Shown here piece after piece: positions 14,310-27,101 of a DNA stretch of 64,000 nt (position 1 is its first letter; every line of letters starts with the position of its first letter). The position numbers were made by a program, and so were the translations under genes. The notes under the pieces are model-generated. The model worked only from the letters and a program-made list of their open reading frames with translations. It ran no database searches and was not told the DNA's origin. The DNA is from Octopus vulgaris (lineage: Eukaryota), in assembly GCA_951406725.2 (NCBI GenBank), contig OX597818.1, forward strand, positions 97,464,001 to 97,528,000. Reading direction: 5' to 3'.

Positions 14310-14762
14310 AATTTTTTTGCGTAATAAGATAAAAAAACCAAGGGTGTGTAGATATTAGAGCATTTATAGATAGAAGGTCTTACAGCTGTTTATAGGATAT
14401 TTATTAAATATATCCCTTCATCGGAGACGGTGTGAGAAGATAGTTAAGTCATAGTTAGTTTAGATGTGATACAAAATAGAGAGTGAGGTGGAGGAAAGAA
14501 AATAGATGCAAGATATGTATGGATATTGAAGTTGTAAATCCATTTTTAGGCATAATGGTATATATGCAATATTCCAATATCCTATGAGTAAAGTCCAAAA
14601 GTCCAACATAGTTTAAAATGGGTCCTTCCAAATATAGAGTTTATACGCAATGTAAGATTCCCTTATGAGTGAGATTCAACAGATTTTTAAACTTGGTCAT
14701 TCCAAGTAGAGAATTTGTAGAGAATTTATATAGTGTTGCAGAGTCAAAGGTTTTTATTTAAA
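14310..14762 (-). mobile_element. PLE-like 3' fragment, family B, with degraded hammerhead (14377-14428)
   Basis: Homologous to 22428-22695. The minus strand reads gtct CCGATGA AGGGATAT..ATATCCT a TAAA CAGCTG TA agac. Flanked by (TA)n on both sides. Confidence 0.65.
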
Positions 14763-14829
<67 letters not shown>

Positions 14830-15156
14830 ATATATTGGTGGGGGGGACCCTTAACTTCTAGATGGATTCATAGGAGCACTGTCGTGGCGTACTGTGTATT
14901 TAGTATTCTTACACCTGACGGAAGTAATTTCTTCCCAGGTTTGGCCGCAGCCGATTTCTTTCAGAAAAAAACAAAAACAAACAGAAATAAAGTGCTAGAA
15001 AAACAAAGAAGAATCGCTCTCAGTACGACTGATACTTATCTATCGCCTCGAACATATGAAAGGCAAAGCTGATCTCGGCGTGATTTGAACTCACAGTGCA
15101 GAACACTGAAATAATTACTGCAAAGTAATCTATTTGACCCTCTAACTCTTCTGCCA

Positions 15157-15197
15157 TATTAACATATGGTATATTATCAATATACCATATGTTAATA
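15157..15197. repeat. Perfect hairpin, 19-bp arms, 3-nt loop
   Basis: TATTAACATATGGTATATT atc AATATACCATATGTTAATA. Confidence 0.85.
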
Positions 15198-15936
15198 ATA
15201 AGCCAAGCCCTTTCTGTTTTCTCTAGACACTAGTTTGATTAAATAGGATAAAACTTTCAAATTGGCTTTTAATCTTAAACATACTGGCATCTAACAGACA
15301 GCGACATTTACGACTTGTGAAGCTGTGTCATGCTTAGTCTTTTTATATATGTCATAGAAAAATGAGAAAGAATATATATATATTAACGGAAGTAAAATTA
15401 AATTATCTACTGTGCAAAAGGAAAACAAATAATCTGGCTTTTGACCAGAATTATGTATATATAGAGGATGACATGGCATATATTAACAAAAAATAATGCT
15501 TGGATGACGAAGAAAAAAAGAAACTCGCAAAGGAAAACAGAATACGACATTTTCATAAAAGAATCTAGGACAAAATAATTAGGGAAGTTAAAGTAAATGT
15601 GTAATGACTTAAAAGTCTCAGCAAGTTTCTTATTTAGCTGTATATATTCTATTCCCATTGGCAAGCTACGTCAGACATTGAACACGCACTGGCTCATTTT
15701 AAAGTGTTGCATATGTGGTGAGTGTTATGTCAGTCTGAAAATGACACAATGGCTGTTGCCTGAGGTGCGAATGAACTTCGTGTGTTATTTCTATATCTTG
15801 ATAAGTTATGGGACACAGGCTCTCGTTCTGTTTTCGTTATTTGCCTATTGCGCTTACTACTGCATAAAATCCCCTAATAATTGTTTTTTTTTTTGACTCG
15901 TAATCGTTCCTATTCATGACAAGTAGCAGCAGCAGC

Positions 15937-15976
<40 letters not shown>

Positions 15977-15994
15977 TAAAAAAATAATAATATA

Positions 15995-16367
15995 TTTTTT
16001 ACTACCCACAAGGGGCTAAACACAGAGGGGACAAACGGATTAAGTCGATTACATCGACCCCAGTGCGTAACTGGTACTTAATTTATCGACCCCCAAAGTC
16101 GACCTCGGCGGAATTTGAACTCACAACGTAACGGCAGACGAAATACCTTTTTCTTTATTACCCACAAGGGGCTAAACACAGAGGGGACAAACAAGGACAG
16201 ACATAGGTATTAAGTCGATTACATCGACCCCAGTGCGTAACTGGTACCTAATTTATCGACCCCGAAAGGATGAAAGGCAAAGTCGACCTCGGCGGAATTT
16301 GAACTCACAACGTAACGGCAGACGAAATACCACTACGCATTTCGCCCGGCGTGCTAACGTTTCTGCC

Positions 16368-16399
<32 letters not shown>

Positions 16400-16580
16400 T
16401 GATAAATTTTGGGGGTGGAGTAAATCGATTACATTGACCCCAGTACTGGACCGGTACTTATTTTATGGAACCCGAAAAGATGAAAGCCAAAGTCGTCTTC
16501 GGCGGAATCTGAACTCTGAACGGAAACGCCATTAAGCACTTTAATCGGCGAGCTAAAGGGTCTGCCAGCGCGCTGCCTTA

Positions 16581-16620
<40 letters not shown>

Positions 16621-17436
16621 GGGGCAGCAATTCTGGGGAAGGGAATAAGTCGATTACATCGACCCCAGTGTTCATCTGGTGCTTATTTTATCGACCCCGA
16701 AAGGATGAAAGGCAAAGTCGCACACGACAGAATTTGAACTCATAAAGTGAAGACGGGCGAAATACCGCTAAGCGTTTTGTCCGGCGTGCTAAACGATTCT
16801 TATTTCTTTGCTGCCCTCAAGGGGCTAAACACAGAGGGAACAAACAACGACAGAGAAACGGATTAAGTCGATTCTATCGACCCCAGAGCGTAACTGGTAC
16901 TTATTTAATCGATCTCGTAAGGATGATAGGCAAAGTCGACCTCGGCGGAATTTGAACTCAGAATGTAGCGGCAGACGAAATACCTATTTCTTTACTACCC
17001 ACAATGGGCTAAACAGAGAGGACAAACAAGGACAGACAAACAGATTAAGTCGATTATATCAACCCCAGTGCGTAACTGGTACTTATTTAATCGACCCCGA
17101 AAGGATGAAAGGCAAAGTCGACCTCGGCGGAATTTGAACTCAGAACGTAACGGCAGATTAAATGCCGCTAAGCATTTCGCCCGGCGTGCTAAACGATTCT
17201 GCCAGCTCGCCACCTTAATAACAATAAATCTTCTGCTATAAGCATAAGGCCAGCAACTTTGAGGGGAAGGTCGATTACATTGACCCCAGTGCCTAACTGA
17301 CATTTTATCAACGTCGAATAGATGAAAGGCAAAGTGGACCTTCGCAGAATTTAAACACAGAACGTAAACAGCCGGAAGAAATGCCGCTAAGTATTTCGTC
17401 CAGTGCAGTACCGATACTGCCAGCTCGCTACCCTTG
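15995..17436 (-). mobile_element. Head-to-tail cluster of about 7 Nin/Deu-domain-like SINE copies interspersed with (AAT)n
   Basis: Repeated GTCGATTACATCGACCCCAG...CCCCGAAAGGATGAAAGGCAAAGTCGACCTCGGCGGAATTTGAACTC units. The minus strand has a GAGTTCAAATTCC B box and the GTCGACTTTGCCTTTCATCCTTTCGGGGTCGATAAA domain. Confidence 0.8.
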
Positions 17437-17503
<67 letters not shown>

Positions 17504-17544
17504 TAATAATAATAATAATAATAATAATAATATTAATAATAATA

Positions 17545-18102
17545 AATGCCCTGATGCAGTACCAGGCAGTGGCTCTCATGGCTTCTGATCTTAACTGATT
17601 GGAAGTGTTATCATGTACATTGTTTTGTCTTGGTATAAAAGATGGGCTACAGCAAATATTCTGCTCAATACCACAGATTTGCTTGTCAGTTGTTTGACCT
17701 TAACCACTTGAGCATGTCCCTTAGTGGCTGACGATATGTGCATCTCTGATCACGAGCAGAAGTAGTGGGGGAGCATCATAGCCATGTGTTGAGAGGGATT
17801 CTTTGGGGTTTGAATAATTCACCTCTGGAAACATGGGTGGTTCTTTCAACATCCTTAAATAACCCTTATTCAGAGACCTTTTGAGCGGGATGGGCTACTC
17901 AACCTGAAGAAAATTCTAACTGGGCCTCACCTGCTAGGTCATGTGCTGTTTATCTTGATATGAGATCACCATGTCGCGCACATATGGTTGTGATGCATGT
18001 GCCTGGTGTACCCTTATCAGACGGGTAGTCATGATGGGTATATTGGGCTTCGTATATTTTACCCCAGTATCACTTTGATGGCATGCACTGCTCTCTCACT
18101 CA
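17545..18102. mobile_element. ~560-bp non-coding insertion embedded in an (AAT)n microsatellite
   Basis: Higher-GC unique block bounded sharply by (AAT)n on both sides; no ORF. Confidence 0.5.
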
Positions 18103-18865
18103 ATAATAATAATAATAATAATAATAATTTTATATAAATTGGACCTAATGCATTGTAGAGAATTACAATAGTCGTCTTTTTACGGAATTAGTAAGGTAGT
18201 AATTAGACATGGCCGAACCTCCACAATATTTTCGTGACTCATACAGACTACTACATTCCATTAATATTCGAAAATACTTCAAAGCAATGTTGTAATTTGC
18301 TTCACGCATTGCAATGTGTAACGGATATAAATATAAATATTTTAAAAAAGCCTTTTAGCAATGCAGGTGCTAAGTTGGGCAAAATGTAAAGGGATGTTAA
18401 TAAATAAGACAAAGCGATGATATTGTATTATCCTCACAGAAATATTTCTTTCTGTAATATTTCGAGAAAGATTCCCCTTATCAGATATCAGAAGAAACTA
18501 ATTCAAGAGTTCAGAGAAAATTATTTCTACCGACAAACCGTTCTGGTGCATTGTGAAATACTTTAATTTAATGATCATAATAAGGCTGAATTTGAAGACG
18601 AAGAGGAAGAGAATAACAAAATAAAAGTAGGTTCAATTCTTATTGCGATACCTTCTCGTGATCATATCAACTTCTAATAGCCTCATGCATGAATGTTACC
18701 TAATCTTATTCCTCCGTTCTTGACACATTTGAGGCATAGAACATTTTCGTAGAAACCAGTTTTTATAGGAAAGAAAGTGTATGTGTGTGTATGAAGGGGC
18801 GAGGCCTAGTGGTTAGTGTTTTGTACACAAGATCGCTAGATCGTGAGTTCGATTCTCGGACCGGA

Positions 18866-19050
18866 CATGTTTCAGTCATTTGACTGCGGCCATGTTGGAG
18901 CACCGCCTTTAGTCGAACAAATCGACTCCAGGACTTATTCTTTACAAACCTAGTACTTATTCTATCGGTCTCTTTGCCAAACCGCTAAGTTACGGTTACG
19001 TAGACACACAAACATCGGTTGTTAAGCGATAGCATGGGGACAAACACACG

Positions 19051-19107
<57 letters not shown>

Positions 19108-19268
19108 GACGGGCTTCTTTCAGTCTCCATCTACCAAATCCAATCACAAGTCTTTGGTTGGCCCAAGGCTGTAGTAGAAGACACTTTCCCAACGTGTCAG
19201 CAATAGGACTGAACCTGGAACCATGTGGCCGGGAAGCAAGCTACTTACCACACAGCCACTCCTGTGCC
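18866..19268 (-). mobile_element. Abundant tRNA-derived SINE with CORE-like motif and internal microsatellite
   Basis: Head AGGCACAGGAGTGGCTGTGTGGTAAG..., internal (CA)n, tail GGCGGTGCTCCAACATGGCCGCAGTCAAATGACTGAAAC. Confidence 0.8.
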
Positions 19269-20036
19269 TATATATATATATATGCGTGTGTGTGTGTGTG
19301 TGCGTGTGCGTGTGTGTGTGTGTGTGCATTCAATGATATTTACTACAGTATGTTACTGGTACTTCTACTATGGATTTTGAGGAGTTGAGAGACAGTTATT
19401 AATCCATGTTCCATACTAATGAATATAAAACAATGATGTACGGAATTAGACTATGTTGAATATCTAATGCGATTACTCACCATCTGTTCAGTGGTGTAAT
19501 GTGGGTTTTGGCGGCCTGGTGCGGCAGTCAGATTGGCTTGCCTCCTCCCATTCCTTAAACGTAACTTAACCTTCGACTACAGCAAATACACTTATGTGAA
19601 ATGGTCGCCCATTGGATTCTGCATACAGCCTCGCACACTGCACGCAACGTCACACCATCTGTTTCAAGCCTGTCTTCCTTATTTATTGAGACATGAATAT
19701 GAATGAAGTTCAAAATGTTTGGAGAAGTATAAACCCTGCCACCTCACCAAAAGGAAAAAAAAGGGTAAAAACAAGGAATCATCTCAATGATTTTACCAAC
19801 ATTAAGGGAAATGAAAATGTTCAACAGGAAGAATCCCGACCCCCAAAAGATTCGCAAAGTCTGCACTGAGTGCCCTTCCTTACCCAAGTTAATGTAAAGT
19901 GTATGTCTGTATTTGCTTTTGTTGGGAGATAATGTTTTTGACATACATTTTAGGGGTGAAATCAAAATACGTACCATATATGATAGCAAAGACTGGAGCA
20001 TTGTTCTGTACGACACCCCCACCACACACAAACACA

Positions 20037-20122
<86 letters not shown>

Positions 20123-20428
20123 GGTACGTATGCATTCACACACTTACACACAAAAACTAAGAATTCTTTTTGGAAAGATTAGAAGCCTTGAGAGAACAAA
20201 TGTGGTTTATCAAGCATGGCATTGAGATGACAAACAATACAATTGCTAAGATTACTCCTCCTCGCCTGAGACACGAAATATAAATAAATAAGATTAAAAA
20301 ATAAAAAAAGGTGTGGGCAAAAGGAAACCTAATAACTCGTAACAACAGGAACAAAAAAAAAACGAGAACAAGCTACATTCAAACATACATGCATACATAC
20401 CCATATATATATATGGTATAAATGTGTA

Positions 20429-20494
<66 letters not shown>

Positions 20495-20559
20495 CACACA
20501 CACACACACACACATACACACACACACACACACACACGCACACACACACACACATATAT

Positions 20560-20751
20560 ACTCTTTTACTTGTTTCAGTCATTTCACTGCGGTCATGCTA
20601 GAGCACCGCCTTTAGTCGAGCAAATCGACCCCAGGACTTATTCTTTGTAAGCCTAGTACTTATCCTATCGCTTTCTTGTGCCGAACCGCTAAGTTAGTGG
20701 GACGTAAACACATCAGCATCGGTTGTCAAGCACAGACACACAAATACATAC

Positions 20752-20846
<95 letters not shown>

Positions 20847-20852
20847 AAGAGC

Positions 20853-20941
<89 letters not shown>

Positions 20942-21320
20942 CAGAAACAAGGAAAATGCCACTTGTATTTGAACACTATGCAAACATTCTTTTAAAAACC
21001 TCTTCTTCTAATTTTTCCAAAATGTTATTGTTTTCCATACTTAAATTTGAAAAAGTCTCAATGACTGAAACCGGTACTGAAATGTTTTTTATAAAATTAT
21101 TTTAGCATTTTCTATCTTGACTTTTTTTCAATATATATATATATATATATATATATACGACGGGTTTCTTTCACTTTCCGTCTGCCAGATCCACTCACAA
21201 GGCGTTGGTGACCCAAGGCTATAGTAGAAGACACTTGCCCAAAGTGCCATGCAGTGGCACTTAACCCGAAACAATGTGGTCAGGAAGTTAGCTTCTTACC
21301 ACACAGCCACTCCTGCGCCT
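20560..21320 (-). mobile_element. Same SINE family, split by expanded microsatellites and a family-C hammerhead element
   Basis: Tail at 20560-20745 and head at 21158-21320, with the 20940-21130 insert between them. Confidence 0.7.
21047..21079 (+). ncRNA. Hammerhead-like motif, family C (stem I damaged)
   Basis: TTGAAAA AGTC tcaat GACT GAAA CCGG TA ctg; homologous to 39247-39282. Confidence 0.55.
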
Positions 21321-21336
21321 ATGATATATCTTATAT

Positions 21337-21392
<56 letters not shown>

Positions 21393-21395
<3 letters not shown>

Positions 21396-22395
21396 CGAAA
21401 ATAAACAAAAGACGAAGGCAGGTAGAGTACAAACAAACAATTGTATTTGTATGACGCTCAGGAATAGAAATAAAACAAGTCTTTTACGTTTCGAGCCTAC
21501 GCTCTTCGACAGAAAGATACACAGAAAAGAAACTAAGAGAGAAACAAGGAGAGAAAAAAATGCGTGTAGGAGCTAACGGTCCATCATGGCATTCTGATTT
21601 CAGTCAGCAATCAGAGGTCAGAGGTCAGACGTCAGAGGTCAGACGTCAGAGGTCAGACGTCAGAGGTCAGACGTTAGACGCTAGAGGGATAGTAGGGGAG
21701 ATAACAGGGTCAAGTGACTTCGCCCCAACATGAAGCTGCGTGTGTGTGTAAGAGAGCATGTATGTGCGTGTGAAAGAGGGCTGGTGGTCTGGACGTGTGT
21801 ATGTATGTATGTGTGGGTGTGGTGATATGGGGATGGGTGTGTGGGTGGTGTGTTGTGATATGATATGTGTATGTATGTGTAGGTGTAAAGATGTGGGGAT
21901 GGGTGTGTGGGCGGTGTGCTGTGAGTGGTGTGTTGGGATGTGATGTGTAATGTATGGTGTAGTGTAGTGTGGTGTGATGTTGTGGAGAGGTGGGGGGGGG
22001 GCATATATATATATATATATATATATACTCGAAAAAATAGTTCATATTCCATGTTGGATTTTGAAAAGGAAATAAATGGTGGGGTGCGTGGAGTGCAGAG
22101 AATGAGGTTGTAGGCGGTGGGAAGGAGACGGAAGGAGGAGATGAGGCCATGGATAGTGGAGGACACCGTCTGTTGGTAGTTAGGCGTGGGATTGGAGGGT
22201 AGAGGGCAATAGAAAGAGGTGTCTTGAAGTTGGCAGAGAGCTTCGGCCTTGCAGCCGGTTTAATGATGATGTCTTTGCGGCGTAGGAGACATCGAAGGGC
22301 CGAGAGTTCGGCCGGAGAGATGTTAAAATGTCGGGGACGCCTGCGAAAGTTAAACCAGTTCACAACACGTTGGCAGATGCTTGCTAAATGATCGA
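21393..22395 (-). mobile_element. Older, internally deleted relative of the Neptune-like PLE with hammerhead A (21480-21517)
   Basis: The 3' end is homologous to 23220-23450. ORF remnant CQRVVNWFNFRRRPRHFNISPAELSALRCLLRRKDIIIKPA parallels CQRALERFNFSRRQRRLNISPAELLALRSLQRRADIIIKPA. It contains a GTCAGAG/GTCAGAC tandem at 21611-21675. Confidence 0.85.
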
Positions 22396-22588
22396 CTGCA
22401 CACGCACACACACATATATATATATAAGGTATTGGAATCTTATATGTATATCATTCTGCCATAACAAAATGGATCTACAAATGCAATATCCCTACATATC
22501 TCACATTTATTTTATTTTCTTTCCTCCACCTCACTCTCTATTTTATATGTTATCTAAATTAACTATTTCTTGACCATCCTCTCACACC

Positions 22589-22636
22589 GTCTCCGATGAA
22601 GCGATATAATAAATATCCTGGAAACAGCTGTAAGAC
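22589..22636 (+). ncRNA. Minimal type-I hammerhead ribozyme, family B (within the 22428-22695 repeat)
   Basis: Stem I gtct/agac; core CCGATGA; stem II AG(C)GATAT/ATATC(C)T; GAAA; palindromic stem III ACAGCTGT; GUA cleavage triplet. Confidence 0.7.
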
Positions 22637-22789
22637 CTATCTATAAATGTTATAAAATCTACACAGCCTTAGTTTTTTTATATCTGATTACGAATATATA
22701 TAGTAGAAGACACTTGCCCAAGGTGCCACGCAATGGGACTGAACTCGGAACCATGTGGTTGGTAAGCAAGCTACTTATTACACAGCCAC

Positions 22790-23220
<431 letters not shown>

Positions 23221-23318
23221 ACGGGAAGCTTTATGAAAATAAACAAAAGACGAAGGCAGGTGGAAAACAAACGAACAATTGTATTAGTATGGCGCTCAGG
23301 AAATATAAATAAAACAAG

Positions 23319-23356
23319 TCTTTAACGTTTCGAGCCTACGCTCTTCAACAGAAAGA
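23319..23356 (-). ncRNA. Minimal type-I hammerhead ribozyme, family A, in the PLE 3' end
   Basis: tcttt CTGTTGA A GAGC gtag GCTC GAAA CG TT aaaga: stem I 5 bp, stem II 4 bp, palindromic stem III ACGT. Location in a PLE terminus matches established PLE biology. Confidence 0.75.
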
Positions 23357-23539
23357 TACACAGAGAGAGAAAAACACAGAAAGAAGGAGAGAAAAAAATG
23401 CGTGCAGTAGCTAACGAATCAACATGGCGATCTGATTTCGGCCAGAGGTCAAAGATCAAACATGAGACGCGAGAGCGAAATAAGGGGAGATAATAGGGTT
23501 GATAAAAGGGTTGAGGGACCAGCTAAAAGTGCGTGGGAG

Positions 23540-23850
23540 GGGTCTGGATGTGTGTATGTATAGGGTTGGTGTATGTATTAGTATGTATAAGGGTGTGTGT
23601 GTGTGTGTGTGTGTGTGTATGAGAGAGTATTAGTACGTAAGATTGGTCTGGACGTGCGTATGTATGGGGTTGGTGTATGTATTAGTATGTATTAGTATGT
23701 ATTAGTACGTATTGGTATGTATAGGTGTATGTGTATGTGTGTGAGAGAGTATAAGTGCGTATGCGGGGTCTGGACGTGTGTATGTATAGGGTTGGTGTAA
23801 GTATTAGTATGTACTAGTATGTATTAGTACGTATTAGTATGTATTAGTTT
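23540..23850. repeat. Tandem repeats in the PLE 3' UTR (3 units starting GGTCTGGAC/TGTG, plus TATTAGTATG decamers)
   Basis: Direct reading at 23541, 23645 and 23767. Confidence 0.7.
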
Positions 23851-23859
23851 GTGTGTGTA

Positions 23860-26495
23860 TTAGTATGGCACATCATATGTGATGTGATGTGTAAAGTCAT
23901 GTGGTGTAGTGAGGAGAAGAGGGGGAGGGGGAGAAGAGGGGGAGAGGGAGAAGAGGGGGAGGGGGAGAAGAGGGGGGAGAAGGGGAGGGGAAGAAGAGGG
24001 GGAGGAGAAGGGGTGAGGAGGGGGATGAAGGAGGAAAGAGGGAGAGGGGGAGAGAGGGAGTGAGGGAGCAGAGGGAAGGGGAAGAGGGAGGGAGAAAGAG
24101 GGAAGAAGAGAAGGGGAGTAGGGGTGAAAGGATGAAGGACTGAAGAAGTAGGGGTCGGGGGAGAAAGGATAGGTGAGGAGGGGGAGAGGGGGGTTAGATG
24201 AGGAGGGGGGAGAGTTGAGACCAAATGGCGTATAAGAGCGAAGAGAGAAGATTAATTCCTGTTCACGGCGCAAACGGGAATCCGGATGGCCTCTGTGTAA
24301 GGACAAACCGAACACAGATAGGTGTTTCAAGGAGTGACCGGTGGAGCGGAAATGGCGTGAGACCGGTGTGTCGTTCGCAAGGTGGATGTCACGAAGGTGT
24401 TCCGCGAACCGGTCAGCCAAGCGGCGTCCCGTTTGTCCGATGTACAAGGAATTGCAGAGAGAGCAAGAGATGCAATAGATAATATTGCTGGAGGTGCAGG
24501 TGAAGGAGTGGATGATGGGATAGGGTCGATGGTGGGTGCTAGTGAGGCGGGTGGTGTTGGAGAGGTAAGGGCAAGTGCGGCAACGTGGGCGGGAGCAGGG
24601 GAACGAGCCGGGTTGGGAGGTAGGGTCAGGGAAGGAGCTATGGACCAAAAGGTCTCGAAGGTTGTGGGCTCGTTTGAAAGAGGGGAGGGGTCGGTTAGGG
24701 AAGAGGTGTGAAGTGGACGGGTCGGACTGGAGATGACGGAAAGCTCGAAGAATGGTGCGTTGGAGACGTAGGGTCGTGGGGTGGTAAGTGAGGGGAAAAG
24801 GGAGGCGGGAGACTACAGGGCGGGTTCGGGGAGAGAGAGCAGATACACGGTCCACGGACCGTGCTCTGGCAAGGGCGGTGTGGATAGCGGTGAGGGGGTA
24901 TCCACGTAGGGTGAAGTGGTGAGCCATACGTTGAGACTGAGTCTCAAAGTCATGGTCGTCACTACAGAGCCTACGTAGACGGAGGAATTGGGAATAGGGG
25001 ATGGAAAGCTTGGTGTGTTCTGGGTGGGAGGAAGAGAAGTTGAGGTATGAGTGTGAGTCTGTGTGTTTGTAGTGAATGGAGGTGGTAAGAGTGGAGTGAA
25101 GAATGCTAACCGAAATGTCGAGGAAGGAGACAGAGGTGTTGGAGATAGTGGAAGTGAAGTGGAGGGCTGGGTGGAAAGATTGGACGAAAGAGAGGAAGGA
25201 ATCTAGATGTTCGCGGGAGAGTGAGGTGGCACCGATAATGTCGTCAATATAACGACCATATAGTTCAGGAGTGGGACCAGTGAAATTAGAGAATATTTGG
25301 GCCTCAACATAGCCAACGAACAGGTTCGCATAGTTGGGGCCCATTCGCGTTCCCATGGCCACTCCCGAGACCTGATGGTAGAACTCGCCCGCGAACGAGA
25401 AGCAGTTCAGAGTAAGGACAAGTTCGGCCAGACGAATGAGTGTGGAGGTGTCAGGTACAGGGTTAGAGCGGAGGTCAAGAAAGTGTCGAAGGGCCTGCAG
25501 TCCTTCGTGGTGAGGGATAACAGTATAGAGGCTTTGGATGTCCATAGTAAAAAGGATTTTGGAGGAGCCGGGAGGAAAGGAGAAAGAGTTGAAAAGCCGG
25601 AGAGCATGGTTGGTATCGTGGATGTGGGAGGGAAGAGATGCCACTAGGGGGGCAAGGACACGGTCGAGGTATTTAGAGATGAGCTCCGTGGGGCAGTTAC
25701 AGGCGGAGACGATGGGGCGGCCAGGGTTGTTGGGTTTGTGGATTTTGGGGAGGAAGTAAATGGTGGGGGTACGTGGGGTTCGCACAATTAGGTTGGATGC
25801 GGTGCGGGGGAGACGGGAGGACGAGATGAGGTCTTGGACAGTAGAGGATACCGTCTGTTGGTAGCTACGTGTGGGGTTAGAGGGCAGAGGGGAATAGAAG
25901 GAGGTGTCATTGAGTTGGCGGAAAGCCTCGGCCCTATAGAGGTCCGCGCGCCACACCACTACAGCTCCACCCTTGTCAGCCGGTTTGATGATAATGTCAG
26001 CGCGCCGTTGGAGGGAACGAAGAGCCAAGAGCTCAGCCGGGGAGATGTTGAGGCGGCGTTGGCGCCTGGAGAAGTTGAACCGCTCCAATGCACGCTGACA
26101 AGCGCCCGCGAAAAGATCCACTGCTAGGATCTGGCCAGGGGCAGGCGTCCACGGGGATGGTCGGCGGCCCAGGCCAGTGAAGCAGTCGTCCTCTTCGTTG
26201 GGTGTGGGTGGCGAGTCGTGGTAATGCGCACCCAACCGGACACGGCGCACAAAGCTGTGGACATCAACTCGCGTCTGGAATTCCTTACAGGATGGAGTGA
26301 GGGGGATGAAACGCAGACCCCTACCAAGGACGGAGCGTTCAGCCGCAGAGAGGGGAAGATCGGGGGGAATGGTAACAACAGACGGAAGTGGAGAAGGGGT
26401 GGGTGGAATAGAAGTAGAAGGGGTGGTAGGTCTCGTGGAGGTCTGAGGGGGAGGGATTGGGGAGGTGTGTGGGGGTGGTTGGGCGGGGCAGTAGG
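23860..26495 (-). CDS. PLE reverse transcriptase - GIY-YIG endonuclease frame (natural stop probably near 24195)
   Basis: Motifs VTIPPDLPLSAAERSVLGRGLRFIP, IKPADKGGAVVVW, LPKIHKPNNPGRPIVS, FTMDIQSLYT, GVAMGTRMGPNYANLF, RYIDD, Neptune knuckle CSRPRCRTCPY, IYCISCSLCNSLYIGQT...R...EH, PFGLN. The frame is open upstream of the track's GTG start to ~26495. Confidence 0.93.
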
Positions 26496-27101
26496 GTTAG
26501 GTGTAGGTGGATGGAGCCTAACGGGAGGGGAGAAGGGGTTGTAGGGAGGGGCAGTGGGGTTAGGTGTGGGTGGATGGAGCCTATCGGGAGGGGAGAAGGG
26601 TGGTGGAGGAGTTGAGGTAGTGGCGTCGGGTAGGGTGGAATGGAAGAGTGATTGGAATTTACGAAGTTTGGTATCAGAAAGAAATTGATGGAAGAGTTGA
26701 TTCAAATGGATAATGAAGCGTAGCGTGTTTGGAGCATAGAGAGGCGGCAGAGAGGAGAAGAAGGTGGAGAAAGCAGGAGGAAGAAGGCGGTTGATGGCAT
26801 GTAGTTTGGAGAGATTGGAGCGAATGGTGGCCCGCATAAGGCGGTAAGATGTGGTGCGGAGTATGGGTAAGATGGAAGAATCCGAGTGGAGAGCAGGGTG
26901 GAAGTGGAGGCGGAAACCTTTAGGGATGAGTCGGTGATGTAGGCAGCGGCTTAGGAAAGAGACATGGCTAGAGAAGCGGGTTTTTTAAAAAAGAAGTAGA
27001 GAGAGATTAACGGACGGCTGAAGGCAATATACAGGAAGTGAACGTAGATGATCCTTCAAACGGTGATGGAGGGTGAGGAGGTAGGACCTAGGATCCGGCA
27101 T
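26390..27101 (-). pseudogene. N-terminal part of the PLE ORF (one in-frame TAA, then a -1 shift into the RT frame)
   Basis: ATG at 27101: MPDPRSYLLTLHHRLKDHLR...LLF*KTRFSSHVSFLSRCLHHRLIPKGFRL (typical PLE FLxxC...IPKG), then a Pro-rich linker with a duplicated PFSPPxRLHPPTPNPTAPP. Confidence 0.8.

Noticed and set aside
15995-17436. CRISPR-like or satellite array
   Set aside because: Units are SINE monomers with irregular spacing, in a eukaryotic context.
26390-26495. Programmed -1 ribosomal frameshift in the PLE
   Set aside because: No canonical slippery heptamer seen. PLEs normally have a single ORF, so an indel in a C run is simpler.
24225-26544. Plus-strand ORFs overlapping the PLE
   Set aside because: Antisense shadows of a GC-rich coding region; no motifs.
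23860-27101. Naiad/Chlamys-type or selenoprotein-encoding PLE
   Set aside because: The GIY-YIG domain is C-terminal and the in-frame stop is TAA, not TGA.
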